Position numbers and translations under genes: made by a program | Notes under the pieces: model-generated | Told to the model about the DNA's origin: nothing | Databases searched by the model: none | Seen by the model: the letters and a program-made list of their open reading frames with translations, nothing else | Origin: Vicugna vicugna | Taxonomy: Eukaryota | Assembly: GCA_013265495.1 (NCBI GenBank) | Contig: MU058221.1 | Coordinates: 2,170,001-2,234,000 of the forward strand | DNA: 64,000 nt | Direction: 5' to 3' | Shown: positions 37,806 through 51,800 of the stretch, piece after piece | How the letters are laid out: each line of letters opens with the position of its first letter | How positions within the stretch are numbered: position 1 is the stretch's first letter

Positions 37806-38944
37806 AGTTTTAATATGAACTTCAAAGGAAAGAGGAATGGAATGGCATTCCCACTGAAGGATCCTGGGGTTGGAAGGCCATTTGCTCCATCACCACCACG
37901 CTGGTCCTTGGACCTCTGAGTGTTCACCTCCAGTGAAGATGAGCGTACCATTTCTGCAGCAGGTCATTCCACTTTGGTTAATGTTGTTGGAATGATCTTC
38001 CAGAAAAGGGTCCCCAGTCGAAACCAGCGGTTGGACAGAGTCAGCGTTGCCTCGCCACGTCCTGCAGGGTAGTGACCACACCCTCTGTCAGTCTCTCTGC
38101 CCCCTTGGCTTGCTGGAAATCCTATTCTCCAGGTTCTGCTCCTTGCCCTCTGACTGCATTTTCCATCTTCTTTTTTGACTCTCATCTTCCTGTAGACCCT
38201 TGGAAATTGGGATTCACTGGGCCTTCTCTGGTCTGCTCTTACTCTGCTCACTTTGCCAGTCTGCCGTTCATGACCTGGTGTCGGCGTAGCCCTGATGATT
38301 CCGTGTGCCCACGTAGGCTGACACATCCCTTGAATTCCGGATGCACATGCCTGTCCACCTCTGGGCACCTCCACCTGCAGGGTCCTCAGACTTAGCAGTG
38401 GCCAAACTCAGCTTAAATTCCCTGTGACCCCTTCCTTCTAGGAAACATCTCCGTCTTCTCCTCCTTTGGAACACGTTAGTGCCTTTATCAGGAGACTGCC
38501 AGCTACCTGCGACAAATCGTGCACACGTTGTGAGCCTTCTAGAACACTAGCTTTTTGTACAAAACAGACTCGCTCCTAGTGGGAAGTGACCTGTGCTGTG
38601 TGTGCCTGTTGGGTGCTGTCTGCTCACGTTCCAGAAGGCGTCCTGGCGTGAGACTCCCTGCTTCTGGCGGGGAGGAGGCAGTGTGTACACTGCTCACTGC
38701 TAACGCCTCCTTAACCAGATAATTGGACACACATCATGCTCCAGTCTGGAGGCTCTAAAATCTACCCAGAGCCCCCCAGAGTGCGCCTCTGAAACGTGCT
38801 CTCCTTGAAGGCTACCGTTAAAAAAAAAAAAAGTCAAGCCAGTGTCACAATCTCATTTGAAAACCCTTCTGCTGAAATAGCCGTTGCCAAGAACGCATGC
38901 TTGAAACAAAATGTGGCGTTTTCTCCTGGAAGATTAGATTTCAG

Positions 38945-39700
38945 GACGGAATGCGGGCGAGGCAGAGAGCGCCGAGGCTGCCAAGGCCGCTTTCCTGCCC
39001 CGGCCTCGGAGATTGCTGGGCCAGAGAGCAGGGCGCAGAGGCCCGTCTCCTCGCTGGCTGTATTTATTTCTTTACTTCTTTTTTTTTCCCCCCGCTTGCC
39101 CTGCCTGCAGAACAAGATCATCCTGGACCCCCTGACGTTCAGCGAGGCCCGCTTCCGGCCGTCGCTGGAGGAGCGGCTGGAGAGCATCATCAGCGGCGCG
39201 GCGCTCATGGCCGACTCGTCGTGCACGCGCGACGACCGGCGCGAGCGCATCGTGGCCGAGTGCAACGCGGTGCGCCAGGCGCTGCAGGACCTGCTCAGCG
39301 AGTACATGAACAACGTAAGTGCGGGCGTCGCCGGGGCGCCCCCCGCGGGCGCTGCGGGCCGGCTGGCGCGGCTGGGCTCGGAGGCGCGGTGGGATGGCGG
39401 CGCCCGGCCGAACGCGTCTCGCGCTGCGGGGGTTTCTGAGTCGCCTTAGCGGCTGGCCTCTGGTTTAGGGAGGATCCCGGCGGGTGAAGGTCAGGCGGCC
39501 GATGGGAGCGGCTGCGGAGCCCGGGGTCCTCAAGGCCGGGCGCTGGCAGAGCCGAGCGCGGCCGCAGGCGCTGGTCTTCGTCCCTCAGAGGCGTCAGCGC
39601 GCGGAGTCGGTTTCAGTGTTTGCGCAGAAGCGGTTACGGTGGAGACGTCTCGCTGCAGAGAAACTTGGAGAGCTTCGCTGATTCGCTGTGCGTTTAGAAG
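38945..39700. promoter_or_regulatory. CpG island overlapping the third exon and the start of the next intron
   Basis: Dense CpG and very high GC by eye across the exon and about 400 bp downstream. Confidence 0.8.
39111..39314 (+). CDS. CTNNA2: Catenin alpha-2 internal coding exon, probably exon 7 (M1, vinculin-binding region); 68 codons, phase 0/0
   Basis: Translates NKIILDPLTFSEARFRPSLEERLESIISGAALMADSSCTRDDRRERIVAECNAVRQALQDLLSEYMNN. Long pyrimidine tract then ctgcag|AAC; donor AAC|gtaagt. Confidence 0.98.
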
Positions 39701-42700
39701 CTCTTGTGGGAATGAGCCTCCACGTTGTCACACGGGTGGCAGTGGTATCGCGTGATACAGCGGCTCGCACAGCCCCTGTTCCTCCTCCGGGTGTGAAACG
39801 CGGTGCTTCTCGTACACCTGCAAACTCACAGTTGGGAGATGGAGTCCCTATTCTTTGTTTCGCCAGGCGCCGAATTATGTTTGTGCTGACTGGCTGCATG
39901 CATTCAGCAGAGGTGGTGGGGTGACGTCCAGGCCTTGCAGCCGTGAATGATCTGGTGTTCCTCCTGTCCTGCACTCCTGGGTACGGGAGAATTCTGCCCA
40001 AGCTGGGAACGTGTAGTGGGGCCTTGCCATTGCGTCTTGAAGGAATGCGCTGTGACGTTGTCAGGCAGGGAATGGGGATACTGAGACCCTGCTCCCAGCT
40101 TTGGAACCCCAGGCAGGGTCCTGTTAGAACAGCCTGAGGCATCGCTGGGACACAGCAGCCAGCCCACGCCCCTCCCACCAGCCCGATTCCTCTCACCTCT
40201 TCCCATCCCTAACCCACGTGAAGCCCCCACGGGTCAAGCCATGGGGCAGCACTGATGGGCACAGCGCTGCTCCGGCCAGACCTCTGACCTAGAAAAGGAA
40301 AAGGTACAGAGCGCCCTACTAAGAGCCCAAATCTGTTTCCTCTCCGCACACCTTCAGATTCTTTGATTGCGGAAGACGGGCGCGCTTTCAGCACACCGAG
40401 ACTAACGTGTGGATGTCTCCCGTGGTGCCCAGCTGCCCATCAGGACTCATGTGTAGCCCCTGGATGGCCAGCACTTTCTGTGATTTTGGTACTATGCCCG
40501 GTAAAGCTAGAAAAACGTTGACCACTGCTGTCTCCGACCCTGTGTGACTCTTTGGAATGACAGATTGAGCAGGAGAGAGATGCTTGTAGAACCTGGGATT
40601 TCTGTTTGCTTGTTGTTTTAAACGGAGTGGCAGCAGGCTGGTGGTCTGTACCTGGAATCTGGCTTTCTATGAAGGCCTGCTGGCACTTCCTGGCAGTGAA
40701 GGATTGCTGCCAGAGGAGGAAATGGAAATGACAGAGATCAGAGTGATGGTTAAGATCTCAGTCTAAATAAATCAGAAAAAGAAGTGCGTTCCTGTGTTCT
40801 TTTAATCACAGAAGGTGATTAAAGGAGAATTGATGGAGATGTGATATGTAATTTTCAGTTTGTTGTCTAGAATCCTACCAAGCAGAAGTTTTTTGGGTTT
40901 TTTTTTCTTTTGATATAAACCCATTCAGATCAGCAGAGCTGATGGATTTTTCTGTTTTATTGACTCCAGGTGCTCGCCTTTCTGTTTGCAGGCTTGTGAC
41001 GCGGGGATGTTTTATATTTTTATTGAAAACTTGGTTTCTACTTTTGATATGGTTACAGATAACACATAGGTGGGTAGAATGCTTGAACTTTAAAGTGTGC
41101 AAATTCATCTCACTTTGAACCACCAGCATCAAAGGCTGAAATAAAACACCTCCTATTGATTTTTATATAAAGTGTATAAAATTTACTTGGACTTAACACT
41201 TCCTTGGTGATTTCAAGGTGGGATTGGATGCAGCTGAACCAGCTCCATAATTTCTGTCTAGTGCTCTCATTTCTGCTGTCACAGTACCAATTTATATATA
41301 TTTTGATTTAGCATACATTAATTTAAAAAAACCACTACACACTTGTGCCTTGGTTAAAAAGTCTGCTGTCGTTAACAGCAGCCAGTAAATTAGTCAGCTG
41401 TGACTAGGCTGTTATAAGATACTTCTTTTTCAATTTTGTAAGCTCTGGGAATAAAGGTGTTATCAAATTATCACTCTGCAGATTTTCCTCCTCATGTGAT
41501 AGGCAGTATCATTAGGCTAAAGAAGTGATCACATTGAGAGAAAAACATGTAAAAATTGGCCTTGTCGATGCTTTCGGATTCTAAAAATCTGATCAGTTCC
41601 TAATGAGCATCCAGCCTGTGATGCTCACCTGGAGGTGATGCTGCTCTGAAATCGTCCCCGTATGTGCCAAGTGCTGTGGGACGGAGGGAGGAGGGTGCTG
41701 GGGAAAAGAGCTGTGCACTCACTGATCAGGAAGAAGTCGGCTGCGTGGGGCATGCGCCATGGCTTGGACACGTGGATGCGCTGGGCTCAACAAGTTACCA
41801 GTTGTCTGTTACATATCTCCAAAGAGGTATACTCAGTTTAGTGAGTGTGTGAGTGATTTGAAGATGTCACAGAATTGTGCACTCAAAGGAAATTGTGGCT
41901 TGAGAAAAAAGGGCTGAGTGAACAGATGCACGTGGCAAAATGTATGATCGCAGAGTGCGTCAGTGCTAGGAGAGACGGCTGGAACGGTTTTAGGAAAGCC
42001 CTCGGTGGCCTTGTTTTTTTAATCAAGTTTACAGTATAACCCAGAGGAGATTCTTAAAAATAACTCCTCTTAAAACAGAGCATAATTATTGTATATATGT
42101 GTGCAGCCGAGTGGGTGGAGCAGGGACTCTTTTTCTAAAGAGTGTGTGGCCTTTGGGTTTGCGTCATCAGGGTGGTTGTCGGAGTGTTATGCTGAGCACT
42201 ATAAATAGTTCCAAATTATAACGAACACATCAACTTGTGTCCAGAACTTATCATTTTATACAGCTTTTTTTTTTCTATGGCAGTAAAAATCTTTTTTCAT
42301 CAAAAAAAAAAATCTTAAAATGACCCCATGATAGAAAATAATCAAACATGGTATTTTATTGGTAAGAATTTTGCGATAGATTTGAATTTAGAATGTGGTA
42401 TTCATTTAATGGATATGTGTTGTAAGTCTGGCTGCTTTGTACCAGACGCTGTCCTGGGATTCTGGGGATACAGAAGGGGAAAAATGGACACAGGTCTCTG
42501 CTCTCCTGGAGCTTACAGTCCTGCTGGGGGAGACAGACAATCAGTCAGTCCATAGCTTGAGCACGAGTTCTCTCCGAGGGTGGTACGTGGAACAGGGATT
42601 ATAAAACCTGGGAGGCAGGCAAGGTGGAGTGAAGAGAATCGGGTGGCGTCAAGTCGTGCCTTTCTGGTTTCAGCTGTGTTAATAAAAGGCAGGTTATTTC

Positions 42701-45700
42701 TCAATCGTATTTTTATGAATAATTAACGTTATATATTTTTACAAAATATTTGAATCTAACATTTTTCCCCAAGTCTCTGGACACACCTAAGTGAATCCCT
42801 GGGGACAGTTTGTAAACCACGTGTGATGGTTTGCACACGTTAAAAGCACATGAGGGCAAATAGCTGTGGGAACATGTGTACATCTTGCAAGTGCCTGAAG
42901 GGCCATTGTCACAGCGCTTGCTCTAGAGTGGAATTTAACATCAAGGAGGTTCCTGATGGATCCTGCTTGTGAGGGGTTGAGGTCTGAAATGAGATCGAAA
43001 AAGCTCGTTTCCACCTGGATCCGGGCCCACACCTGGCCGAGGCTCCAGCATACAGCACTCCGTGAGGAACAGGTAGGGGTGACGCCCACGGTCTGGGGTG
43101 CTCTGAAAACAGTGGGCTTTCCTCTGTTTTTTTTTTTTTAATTGGCACAAAAGAAATATGTGTTCATTGTAAAGAATACAAAACAAAGATTGAAGAAAAG
43201 ATTTATTTGTAATCTCATCCCCTAAAGGTAATCCTTGCTGATAATTTTGTACATGTCTTTGCAGTGCTTTTAAACCTACATCAGCGGTGCATTTGTACAC
43301 ACAGAGGCACACGTTGCTTATGCCCTGAGTTTTAGAAAAATGGATTCATTGTAAGTGGTGATTTGTCCTCTATTTTCTTTACTTCATATGTTGTGAATAT
43401 GTTACCAGATCAGTAAAGATTCTCAAACCTCATGTTGGCTGGCTACGTGGCATTTTATTATACAGATATGCGATAATTCACTTAGAAGCAATTCATTTTT
43501 GAGAGCATTTTTTTACAGAAAAGTGTTAAATATAAACAGACAAGACTTCTGGTGCTGGCAGTGGAGGGATGTGACTTAGATCCAAAGCATGACTGAGGAA
43601 CAGTGGGAAAGCGGGGGGGCACAGCTTTACAGTTTTCATGCTTACGGGGCTCCCTGAAAATTTTGTGCAGTGAACATTTGTAAGTAAAGAACATTTAAAT
43701 GCCTCTGAGGGTCTATTTAACATGATCTTAGGTGTCTTTTTCTTTGCTTTATGGCTTTTCTGTATGCATTTGACTTTGATTTCTCAGGTTTTCTGTCAGT
43801 TGACTGTGTGTTGTGCTGAGAGGGGCTCAGAACAATGAGCGGACAAGTTCATCAGTTGGATTTGACCCAGAGCCCAGAGAAGGGGTCAGAGGCTTCCGGA
43901 GGGAGTGTTCTCAGAAAGACAGCTTTGTCAGAGAAGTTGTTAGGTGTCAGGTTTCTCCCAAGTGGGAAGTGGGAGAAAGGCTGAGTGGCTGTTACCACCT
44001 AAGAGCAAGGCTCGCTGCTGATCGAACAGAAGGTCTGCTTCCATCGTGAGCTACACCTTCTCCTTTCTCTCCTTCCCGTGATCGCGGAAGTTCACTCAGG
44101 CCCCTTTGGCCGATTGTAAGTTTCTCTGCTGAGAGCTTTGGCTTAAAGTAGAGTAGAAAGTGAAGTTTAAAACCGTTTGTGGGCCACATATGACCTAATG
44201 TTGTCCATATCTCCTCACAACAGCCGTCCGGTTTCAGGGGAAATTGCGAGTCACCTTAATGGGATTGGAGCTTCGCTCAAGGGAAAGATTCCTCATGTCC
44301 CACGTTTGGCACCTGTACTGAGGTTTTCCTTGCCTTTTCCTTATCTGAAGCGTTTCTCCTCCCCCTTCCTTCTCTCTGCCCTCAGATATATGCAGTGCCT
44401 ACATCTCTGTTCGTTCTGAGCTTTAAATTCCTCTGTGCAGGTGTGCTTTGCATGTAACATCTTGGCTTCTACAAAGAGACAGGTTTTAAATTCCTTTTCA
44501 GCTGGTAGTTCTTGCTCAGATAGTGAAAGAGTGCACTTAGTTTACCAGCCCTTTCTCTGAGCTCTAAAACCGCGCTTTGAAGTGACTCTTTGAACAGAAT
44601 ACGGTTGGGATGGGAAGTCACTGGGCTCGTGTGCGAGGCTTCCGTCCTGGAATGACGGCTCTGGCAATGCCATTTGTCTGCGTTTCCAGGCAGTCTTCAG
44701 TGTGACTCCTCAAGGTCTCCTGACACTCTCACAGGGTCTGGCACATCTTAAATCGTTCCTTCCTTCCTTCTTCTTCTGTTGTCACTGGACGCCTTTGTTG
44801 CAGTGGGGGAGGGGCTTGCTGGGTGAGAGTCCCTCAGGCACAGGTGGTGGGAGGTGTCTAGCCATGCTGGTGGGACATACTCCAATGATGCAGGTGAGAC
44901 CGTAAGAGATACTGTGCATGAGTCAAGCATCCTACAGAGCACGAGGATGTTCTGAGAGGCTTCAGGAGGGGATCCAGACTGGCTGGTGGTGGGTGGCCCG
45001 GGGGTGACCTGGGCACAGGTCCACTGTAGCTGGGGAGCACAGGTGTCGGTAACATCTCGTCCCTGTGGGGACATGGCGGGTCTCTTTGCTCTTAAAGGAC
45101 CCAAAGTATGGGACAGTCATCCCAGTGGGGGACTTAGGCCCTTTGGAAAGTACAGCCTGCCACACACAACTGTCATCAGCTCACGACATACAGTTAAATG
45201 ACTCACGGGACCCCAGGACAGGGCTACCCAGGTTTGTTTCACTTAGCTCATCGAGGTCAGTTGTCAGTTCCGTCTCACGCACCATCTCCTTGGCCAGGAA
45301 GAGTACTTCCAACGTGAAACCCTTCTTCGTTCCCCACCGTGGATAGTTCAGCAAAGTTGAAAACAGACAGCCTTCCCGTCAAAATGAGGCTGCCAGTCCT
45401 AGTTCTAGAAGGAAGGAAGTCTGCGCCGTGGAGGTCAGGACGACCCGGCGCTCACCGCTGACTCCTCTGTGCAGGAGAAGCAGTTCTGAGCAATTAGTGC
45501 CCCTCTCGTGGAGGCCGTCAGAGGGAGCCAGGCCAAGAAAACGGTAAACCAGAGGTAAGCCTGCAGACCCCCCCGGCCTAGACTTGGGTTCCAGTGGGAC
45601 AGCGCGTGAAGAGCAGGAGGTGAAGCCCGTGGCCCAGCAGGGTGGCCAGTCAGACGGCAGATCTTCGCATAAAGCCTGGGATCTCAGACGGCGACAACAC

Positions 45701-47499
45701 CGGGGCGGGAGCTAAGACAATAAAACATTTACACAGAGGGAAGTGGTAGAAATGCTTGCCGTCTTGCTTTTGAAAAAGCAGGTAAAAAGAACCCCTCCTC
45801 TGTCGTCAAGAATTTCTAACCATGATCTCAACCTCACTCGGTCTGGGGACCAGAGTCTGTAGTCTGGGGCAGCCCAGACTATAGTTTTATTCAGAATTTC
45901 CTTTTAAGGCATTCTAGGTGGTGGGCTGCCAGGTACCGGGCAGAAGCAAGTACCAGTCCTCTCTAGGAGAGCACACTTGAAACAGAAGCCTCAGGATTTC
46001 CCCAGATGAAGTTCCAAGAAGCAGAAGGCAACTTCCAGAATCACTGAAAACAAAGTGAAACACAGTTGGCAAGAGCAACGCATCCTAGATCAGAGCTACA
46101 GGGACTGCGGGTTTGCAGTTACGGGACGAGGGCTGCAGATTCTCTTCAAAGAAATTAAACAGAGCAGTGCAATAGATGTGATGATGGAGCTGGAGAATGG
46201 CCTGGCCAGACCTGGAGCACAGGCCTGGGAGTGACGGGGGGGGTGGTATGGGGTTACTTGAGGGCCTGGGACAGGAGGTTCCTGGTTGCCACCAGCCTGG
46301 GAGAATAAAGAAAGAGCACGTGGTGACTGAGGGCGTGTTCAGAGTGGCACCGCTCGTAACGTCTGCGGCAGGAGCTGGTTACCTCTCGGGCAGCTGTCAG
46401 TCACCTTTCTACAGTGGGTTTCTGTAAGGAACTCTTCCTGGTGACAAAAAGAAAAAAAAAATCTGACATGAAGCAGGAGATGAAAACAAAAATCTGCTTT
46501 AACAGCAGAATGAAGTCCCACCGTTAGACTTCTCACTGGCTTCCCTCCTTATCAAACGCACTGCTTCACCAAGTCCTTGAAAGTGGTTCTGAATCGTACA
46601 AGGTCAGTATGACGAGGAGGAACCAGGGCTGTTATGAGGCAGGAAGCGGCTGTCTCTGGCTCAGTCAGTGGGCAGAGATTGTTGACAGAGTTGATGGCCA
46701 AGCTGTCAGATTCGGCCATCCCCGTCAGGACAGCCTGGGCAGCGCAATCCACCAGCTGATCTGGGGGGAGAGCCTTCCTGGTGTGGCAAGGAAGACCTCA
46801 CAGAGCTGTCAGGGAGAGCCGCGGGCTGTCCCCCGCCACCAGACCCACGAGGCTAGATGAGCCTTTCCTTTGTGTTTCAAAGGACATGGGAAGCCCTCCG
46901 GAGATAGACTCGCAAGGGTCTGCTGCTGCCTTGAGCCCATCCCTGAGGACTTCCTCTCGATTCACTTAGGCTAGTGTTGCACTCCAGGAGCTAAGCGTTT
47001 CACTGGTGGCGGCGCCGTCCTGTGCTCAGCGACGTCACACCTGCCCTCCCTCTGACTGGAATGTTCTTTCTCAAAACTTGGTCTGGATGGCTCTTCTTTC
47101 CAGTGCCAGTTCCATTGTGTTGTCCTGAATCACCTCAGTGTGTTAACTTCTGTGACAGCAGCTGCCATCCCTCTGAAGTGACAGCGTCTCTGTGTTTGTG
47201 CGGTGAGAGCCGGCACGTCCGCTGGAGTTTCAGCTCCCAGGAGAGGGGTGCTGTCTCACTCACAGCTCCCCCAGGACCTAGCGAATCTAGCCTGGAATCG
47301 CAAGTAAGTATTTTTGGAAGGAATAAGTGAGTTCCCTCTCATCCACCTCTTCTGATAATTACGATCATCAGAAGGAGAAGAGGAAGAGGAGGAGGAGGAA
47401 GGAGGGGGCAGTGAGGGAGAAGCAGCCGTGGCGTCGCCAACATCACGCGTATATTCTGAGTCTTGAATCCCAAGCTTTGAGACAAAATGATTCACCTGT

Positions 47500-47531
47500 T
47501 TTTGTTTGTTTGTTTGTTTGTTTGTTTGTTT
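47500..47531. repeat. (TTTG)n microsatellite
   Basis: tttgtttgtttgtttgtttgtttgtttgttt. Confidence 0.95.
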
Positions 47532-48741
47532 TTTGCTCCTCCACCTAGATAAAACCATAAGTCGATTAGCTGAGGTTAAGCCTTCTTGGCTTCTTCATGA
47601 TCCCCCTGGAAGTGCCCACACATTTCCCTGTGGTTAAGGCTATAGTCAAGGACCCCATCATTTCTTTCCAGAAGGCTCACAAGACCTTCATAACGATCAA
47701 CAAAGACATGGTATGAAGTGTGCCGCTTGCTTTTCAGTTCAAAGAGCTCCACCCAGCAGCTCACCCTTGATTCTGCCACTTGAAGTGCGTCCTGCAGGGT
47801 GACTGGTTTGGGCGTGAGTTCTTGGGGGATGTCTGGGAGGGGCTGAGGCACCTTTAGTTCTGCAGAACTGTAGGCTGGACTGGGAGCTCTGGAAATGACT
47901 TAACTCATCACTGCCCCAAAGGCTCAAAAGAGCTTGTGTACGCGCAGAAGACATAAGTCACCGGAAGAGAGGCGTCATAATTCAGCTGCTGAAAATGAGA
48001 TGTTCTGTCTCGAGAGGGCCAGCCCAGAGCGCATTGACAATCTCTAAGTTTAGCAAGTGTCCCCAAGCGGTTTCTGTGAGCAGGCAAGTTAGGGAGCCCC
48101 TGATGCTGTAAGTTAGTGGATTAAACCGAGAGTTGATTTAATACAGACTGGGTTTTAAATGGGTTTCTTTTTGTGAAGGGGGATAAATATTCTTGTAAGA
48201 AGGCAGCGAGTGAAATCTCTCCTGGGCAGCCTTGCTGAGCTGTCTGTTATTCAGCCTGGACGCTGAGGACCTCGGAGGAGACTTGTCAAGCTGGGTGCCT
48301 AATGTTGACTTCTTTAGAAACAGACAGGCAGAGCTGAGCCAGCCTCTCAGTTGTGAGCGATTAATTGAAGGGTAACTGTTTTTGTTTTTTTTCAAAGCAC
48401 ACCTCCCTGAAATACACCTCTTGCTACACATCCGCTCCCTCATTTGTAAAAAGACCGTTTATCATCCTTGGACGGACTCTGCTCTCCGTAAATGCCAGAA
48501 GTAAAATATCCAGCCTCACGGATCATTCAAAATCCTGTTTCTTAACAAGGGCTTAATTGCTGGCTTCGGTTTCTATGAAGTCTGCAGGCGGGGCTGCCGC
48601 TGACAGATGTACTGCATCAGCCCCGAGGTTCGCCTCTGCCAGTTCACACGCTGAATTGAGCTCTGGCTCTGGGTCCCTGGGGGACCGTCCTAAGACACTG
48701 TGTCCACCGGGAAGCGTCATTCTGCCTGACTGCCCTAATGA

Positions 48742-48892
48742 TTCTTAGATCTGTCTGCCTGTCAGAACCACACAGGGAGACTTTGAAAAACACATATTCT
48801 AGGGCCCTGCCAGTTCTAAAACAACAGAATCTCCAAGGATAGGACTTGAGAATCTGTATTTTTAGCAAGTTTCCCAGGGGATTCTCATGTCT
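48742..48892. mobile_element. MER5-like hAT-Charlie relic
   Basis: tcagaaccacacagggagactttgaaaa...cagaatctcc...gaatctgtatttttagcaagtttcccaggggattct is the MER5 pattern as recalled. Confidence 0.7.
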
Positions 48893-51800
48893 CCGGCTCT
48901 GTGCCAGCCTTGGACTAGACCAGCCTTGGCGGCATCAGCCAACTTAGTCAACATCGTTAGATTCAGAGACAGGAACCATCACTTTCCTTCTCCTTGGTTT
49001 TCTCAATAACATCTTCAAAGTGCTATTTATTATTATTTGTATTCACCCCTGCCATCCCCCTCTGCCACCCCCTGCCCTGGAACCAGGTCAGACTTTCACA
49101 GGCATCTGCGTTCCCTCCCTCTCTTCCCTCTAAAGTGCCCCAAGAACCCAGCACTGGCATACCGTGTGGATTTCATCTTGACGAAAAGAAGACAGCGCTG
49201 GCCTTTTTATTAGTCAGTCTGCATACTTGGGGGTGAGGAGGAATCACTTAAGTGTCCTGCTGTCTGGTGGCTGATTTCACACTTTTCATCCTTGCAAAAT
49301 AGACACACAGATCCTTTGGGAAAGGGTTTTTTTTCCTCTCTGTATCCTTGAGACGTTGACAAATAAGAAAAATTCTTTGAACTTTATCTTACTGTAAATA
49401 CTGCGTCTTTTCTCACCATTGGCCTAATTTTATGCTGGTTATCTTTTCTGTTTGCCCCCTTCCCCTCTTCTATTAGTTTTTTTCCCACCGTTTTTAAAAC
49501 CTATAAAACCATGTTCTTCTTACTTTTTTTAGTTTTCCTAGGATTCTTGAGGATTACCATCCATCTTCCGAAAGCCCCTGTTTTCTGACTTCAGGCCATT
49601 TAGATGAAAATGGGCAACAAGATCTGCAGAAGATCAGATGGTTAAGGACGTGTTCAAGGGACACAGACAGAACTGGAACCGGAATTCAGGGCTTCTGGTT
49701 TCTTTATTCCCAGTCTTGGATTCTTTTCATTACTGCATGTTTTATATTTTAGTGTCCGTGGACCTAACACTGGAGTTTTGATATTCTTTTTTCCCCATTT
49801 AAAGCCTCTTACCATGACATACACTCATCTTTTCCTGAATGTTCCTTCCGGTTTCTCAGGGTTCGTTAGCTGGTAGACTCCCAACAAACCTTCCTTGTTG
49901 CAAGCATCTGTAGGTCGTACCGGGGCCCTGTCAGAGTCCCAGGTAGACAGCGGACAACAGCAGCCTGTGGGACAGCCACCAGGACTCCCCACGGGGGAGG
50001 AGAAGGGAGCCTTTGTTGGCGGGAGTGGGTGTTAAGGGAACAGACAATCGAATCTGATTATTTTTTTTTCAACAGTGAAGCTTCTCTTGGCTTCAGTCTC
50101 GAGGCGGGGGCCGCAGACCTTGCAGGTCCGACAGCAGGAGCGGCAGTAACCGCAGGAGCCAGCGCTGACCGTCCGCTTGCGCTCCGCTGCCCAGGTGGTC
50201 CGTGTGGTAGCTCTGTTCTCGATTAGCCATGTCTGGCCTAAGACTCGCCTTTTACTTTTTTTTTTTTTTCTGAAAATAAACTTCTGGTTGCCTGCGGCTT
50301 GGCTTAGGAGAAAGATCTAAGGCTCTAACTGCTTTTTCAGTGGGGTTTCAAGCCGCCATCTTGCTTTTCACCTCGCCGTTCTCCTCCTCTTCCTCCAAAA
50401 GAACTGATGGGCTTTGCAGCTTGATTCGGGCTGCTCTGAGCCTGCCCTCTCGCGGGCTTGGAGTTCAGCTTCCTCGGACCTGCTGGACGAGTTCGCACAT
50501 CCCCCCCACCCCCCAGTACTCTGGGAACACCGCTGCCGCTGTGTCCTCCTGGTTGTCTCTGTCCTCAGGGCTGATGCCTGTGGCAGAACATTGCTTTATG
50601 GTCATTCTGATGGGGCTTCAGAAAGAGGATGAAAGTGTGTGTCTCGTCTGGCATGTTCGGCCACACCTCACTTGAATTTAAGGGGGATTGCAGGGTCCAT
50701 GTCGTTTGGCGCTTCTAACTTGACCAAGGAAATGAATGGAGCTAAGATGGTCAAAGCACATTTTCCAAGTGAGCTGAGAGATTTTGGATCAAAGCAGAGG
50801 TGACGTAGCATCCGGAACAACGCTTAGGTAGGGGGAGCTGTTTCACCCAGACACTGCTGCATTTCAGGGTCATGCTGTCCCTCACACCAGCATGACGGAT
50901 GTCGGTTCCAATTTGGACCTTGGAGATAGTGTGGTGGTGACCACCCGTCTTTGCTGTTTATGTGGGTGATTATAGAAGCAGGGTATGTGTCACATGATGA
51001 CGAAGAATGTTTCAGAGACTTTCATTGATCTTTACATCTGCTGGAGGCTCTGTTCCTCCTAGCTACTGACTGACAGCAGTGGCACAAATGATGCTGTAAC
51101 ATGACCCATTCATCGCCTCAGGCTAAGGGAGCGTTAAGTCCAGTGTTAGTATCTCAGCCATTTTCTTAGACTTGATTAATTCTATTGTTTCTCCCAAAAT
51201 TCTTAGCGGCACCAACTTTATCCATTGGACCATCTTTGTAAATGGAGTATTCTCATAGATTCCTTTGTCTTCCAACGGTTACTTGAAGTCAGTTAAGTTT
51301 ATCTTTTGTATTATTAGCTTTTTCCCCCTGTAATGTTATTTTATACGTGACTCTGGCACATACATTTTCATATTTGTAGAACTTTTATGAGGTACATGGC
51401 ATAATGATTCAGTTTTTTTAAGTGAGTCAGTTTATAAACAGCCACATTGATTATTTTTATCAATTCATATTGTTGTATAAAATCCATATTCAGCTGCCAA
51501 AGGCAGTGGTAAGGGAAGGAAACATGACATATTTAACATTCTAGACAATCATTCGAGGAGTTCTTGTGAGCAGTCCCTAACACATTGTGATGATTAGTGT
51601 GGCCCCTGATTAAATTTTCCCTGCAGAATAAATACATCCACCAAGTGATTCTCACTAAACCAAAGACTATTGACTAGCAAATCACATATAGTTTGACACA
51701 TCTGTATGTTTAAAGGGTAAGAAAAAACAAAAACCATTTAGTTGGTTTATCACTTCTGAGGCTGCGTTTCCTGGAGCCGTAGGTGGTTCAGGGCTCCCAG

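Noticed and set aside
38796..39449. 217-aa ORF and overlapping 159-180 aa ORFs as separate genes
   Set aside because: Only 39111-39314 is catenin-like and splice-bounded; the rest reflects GC-rich, stop-poor sequence.
46552..47851. Protein-looking minus-strand ORFs of 66 and 91 aa
   Set aside because: Non-ATG starts, lengths within chance, no recognisable homology or clear splice context.
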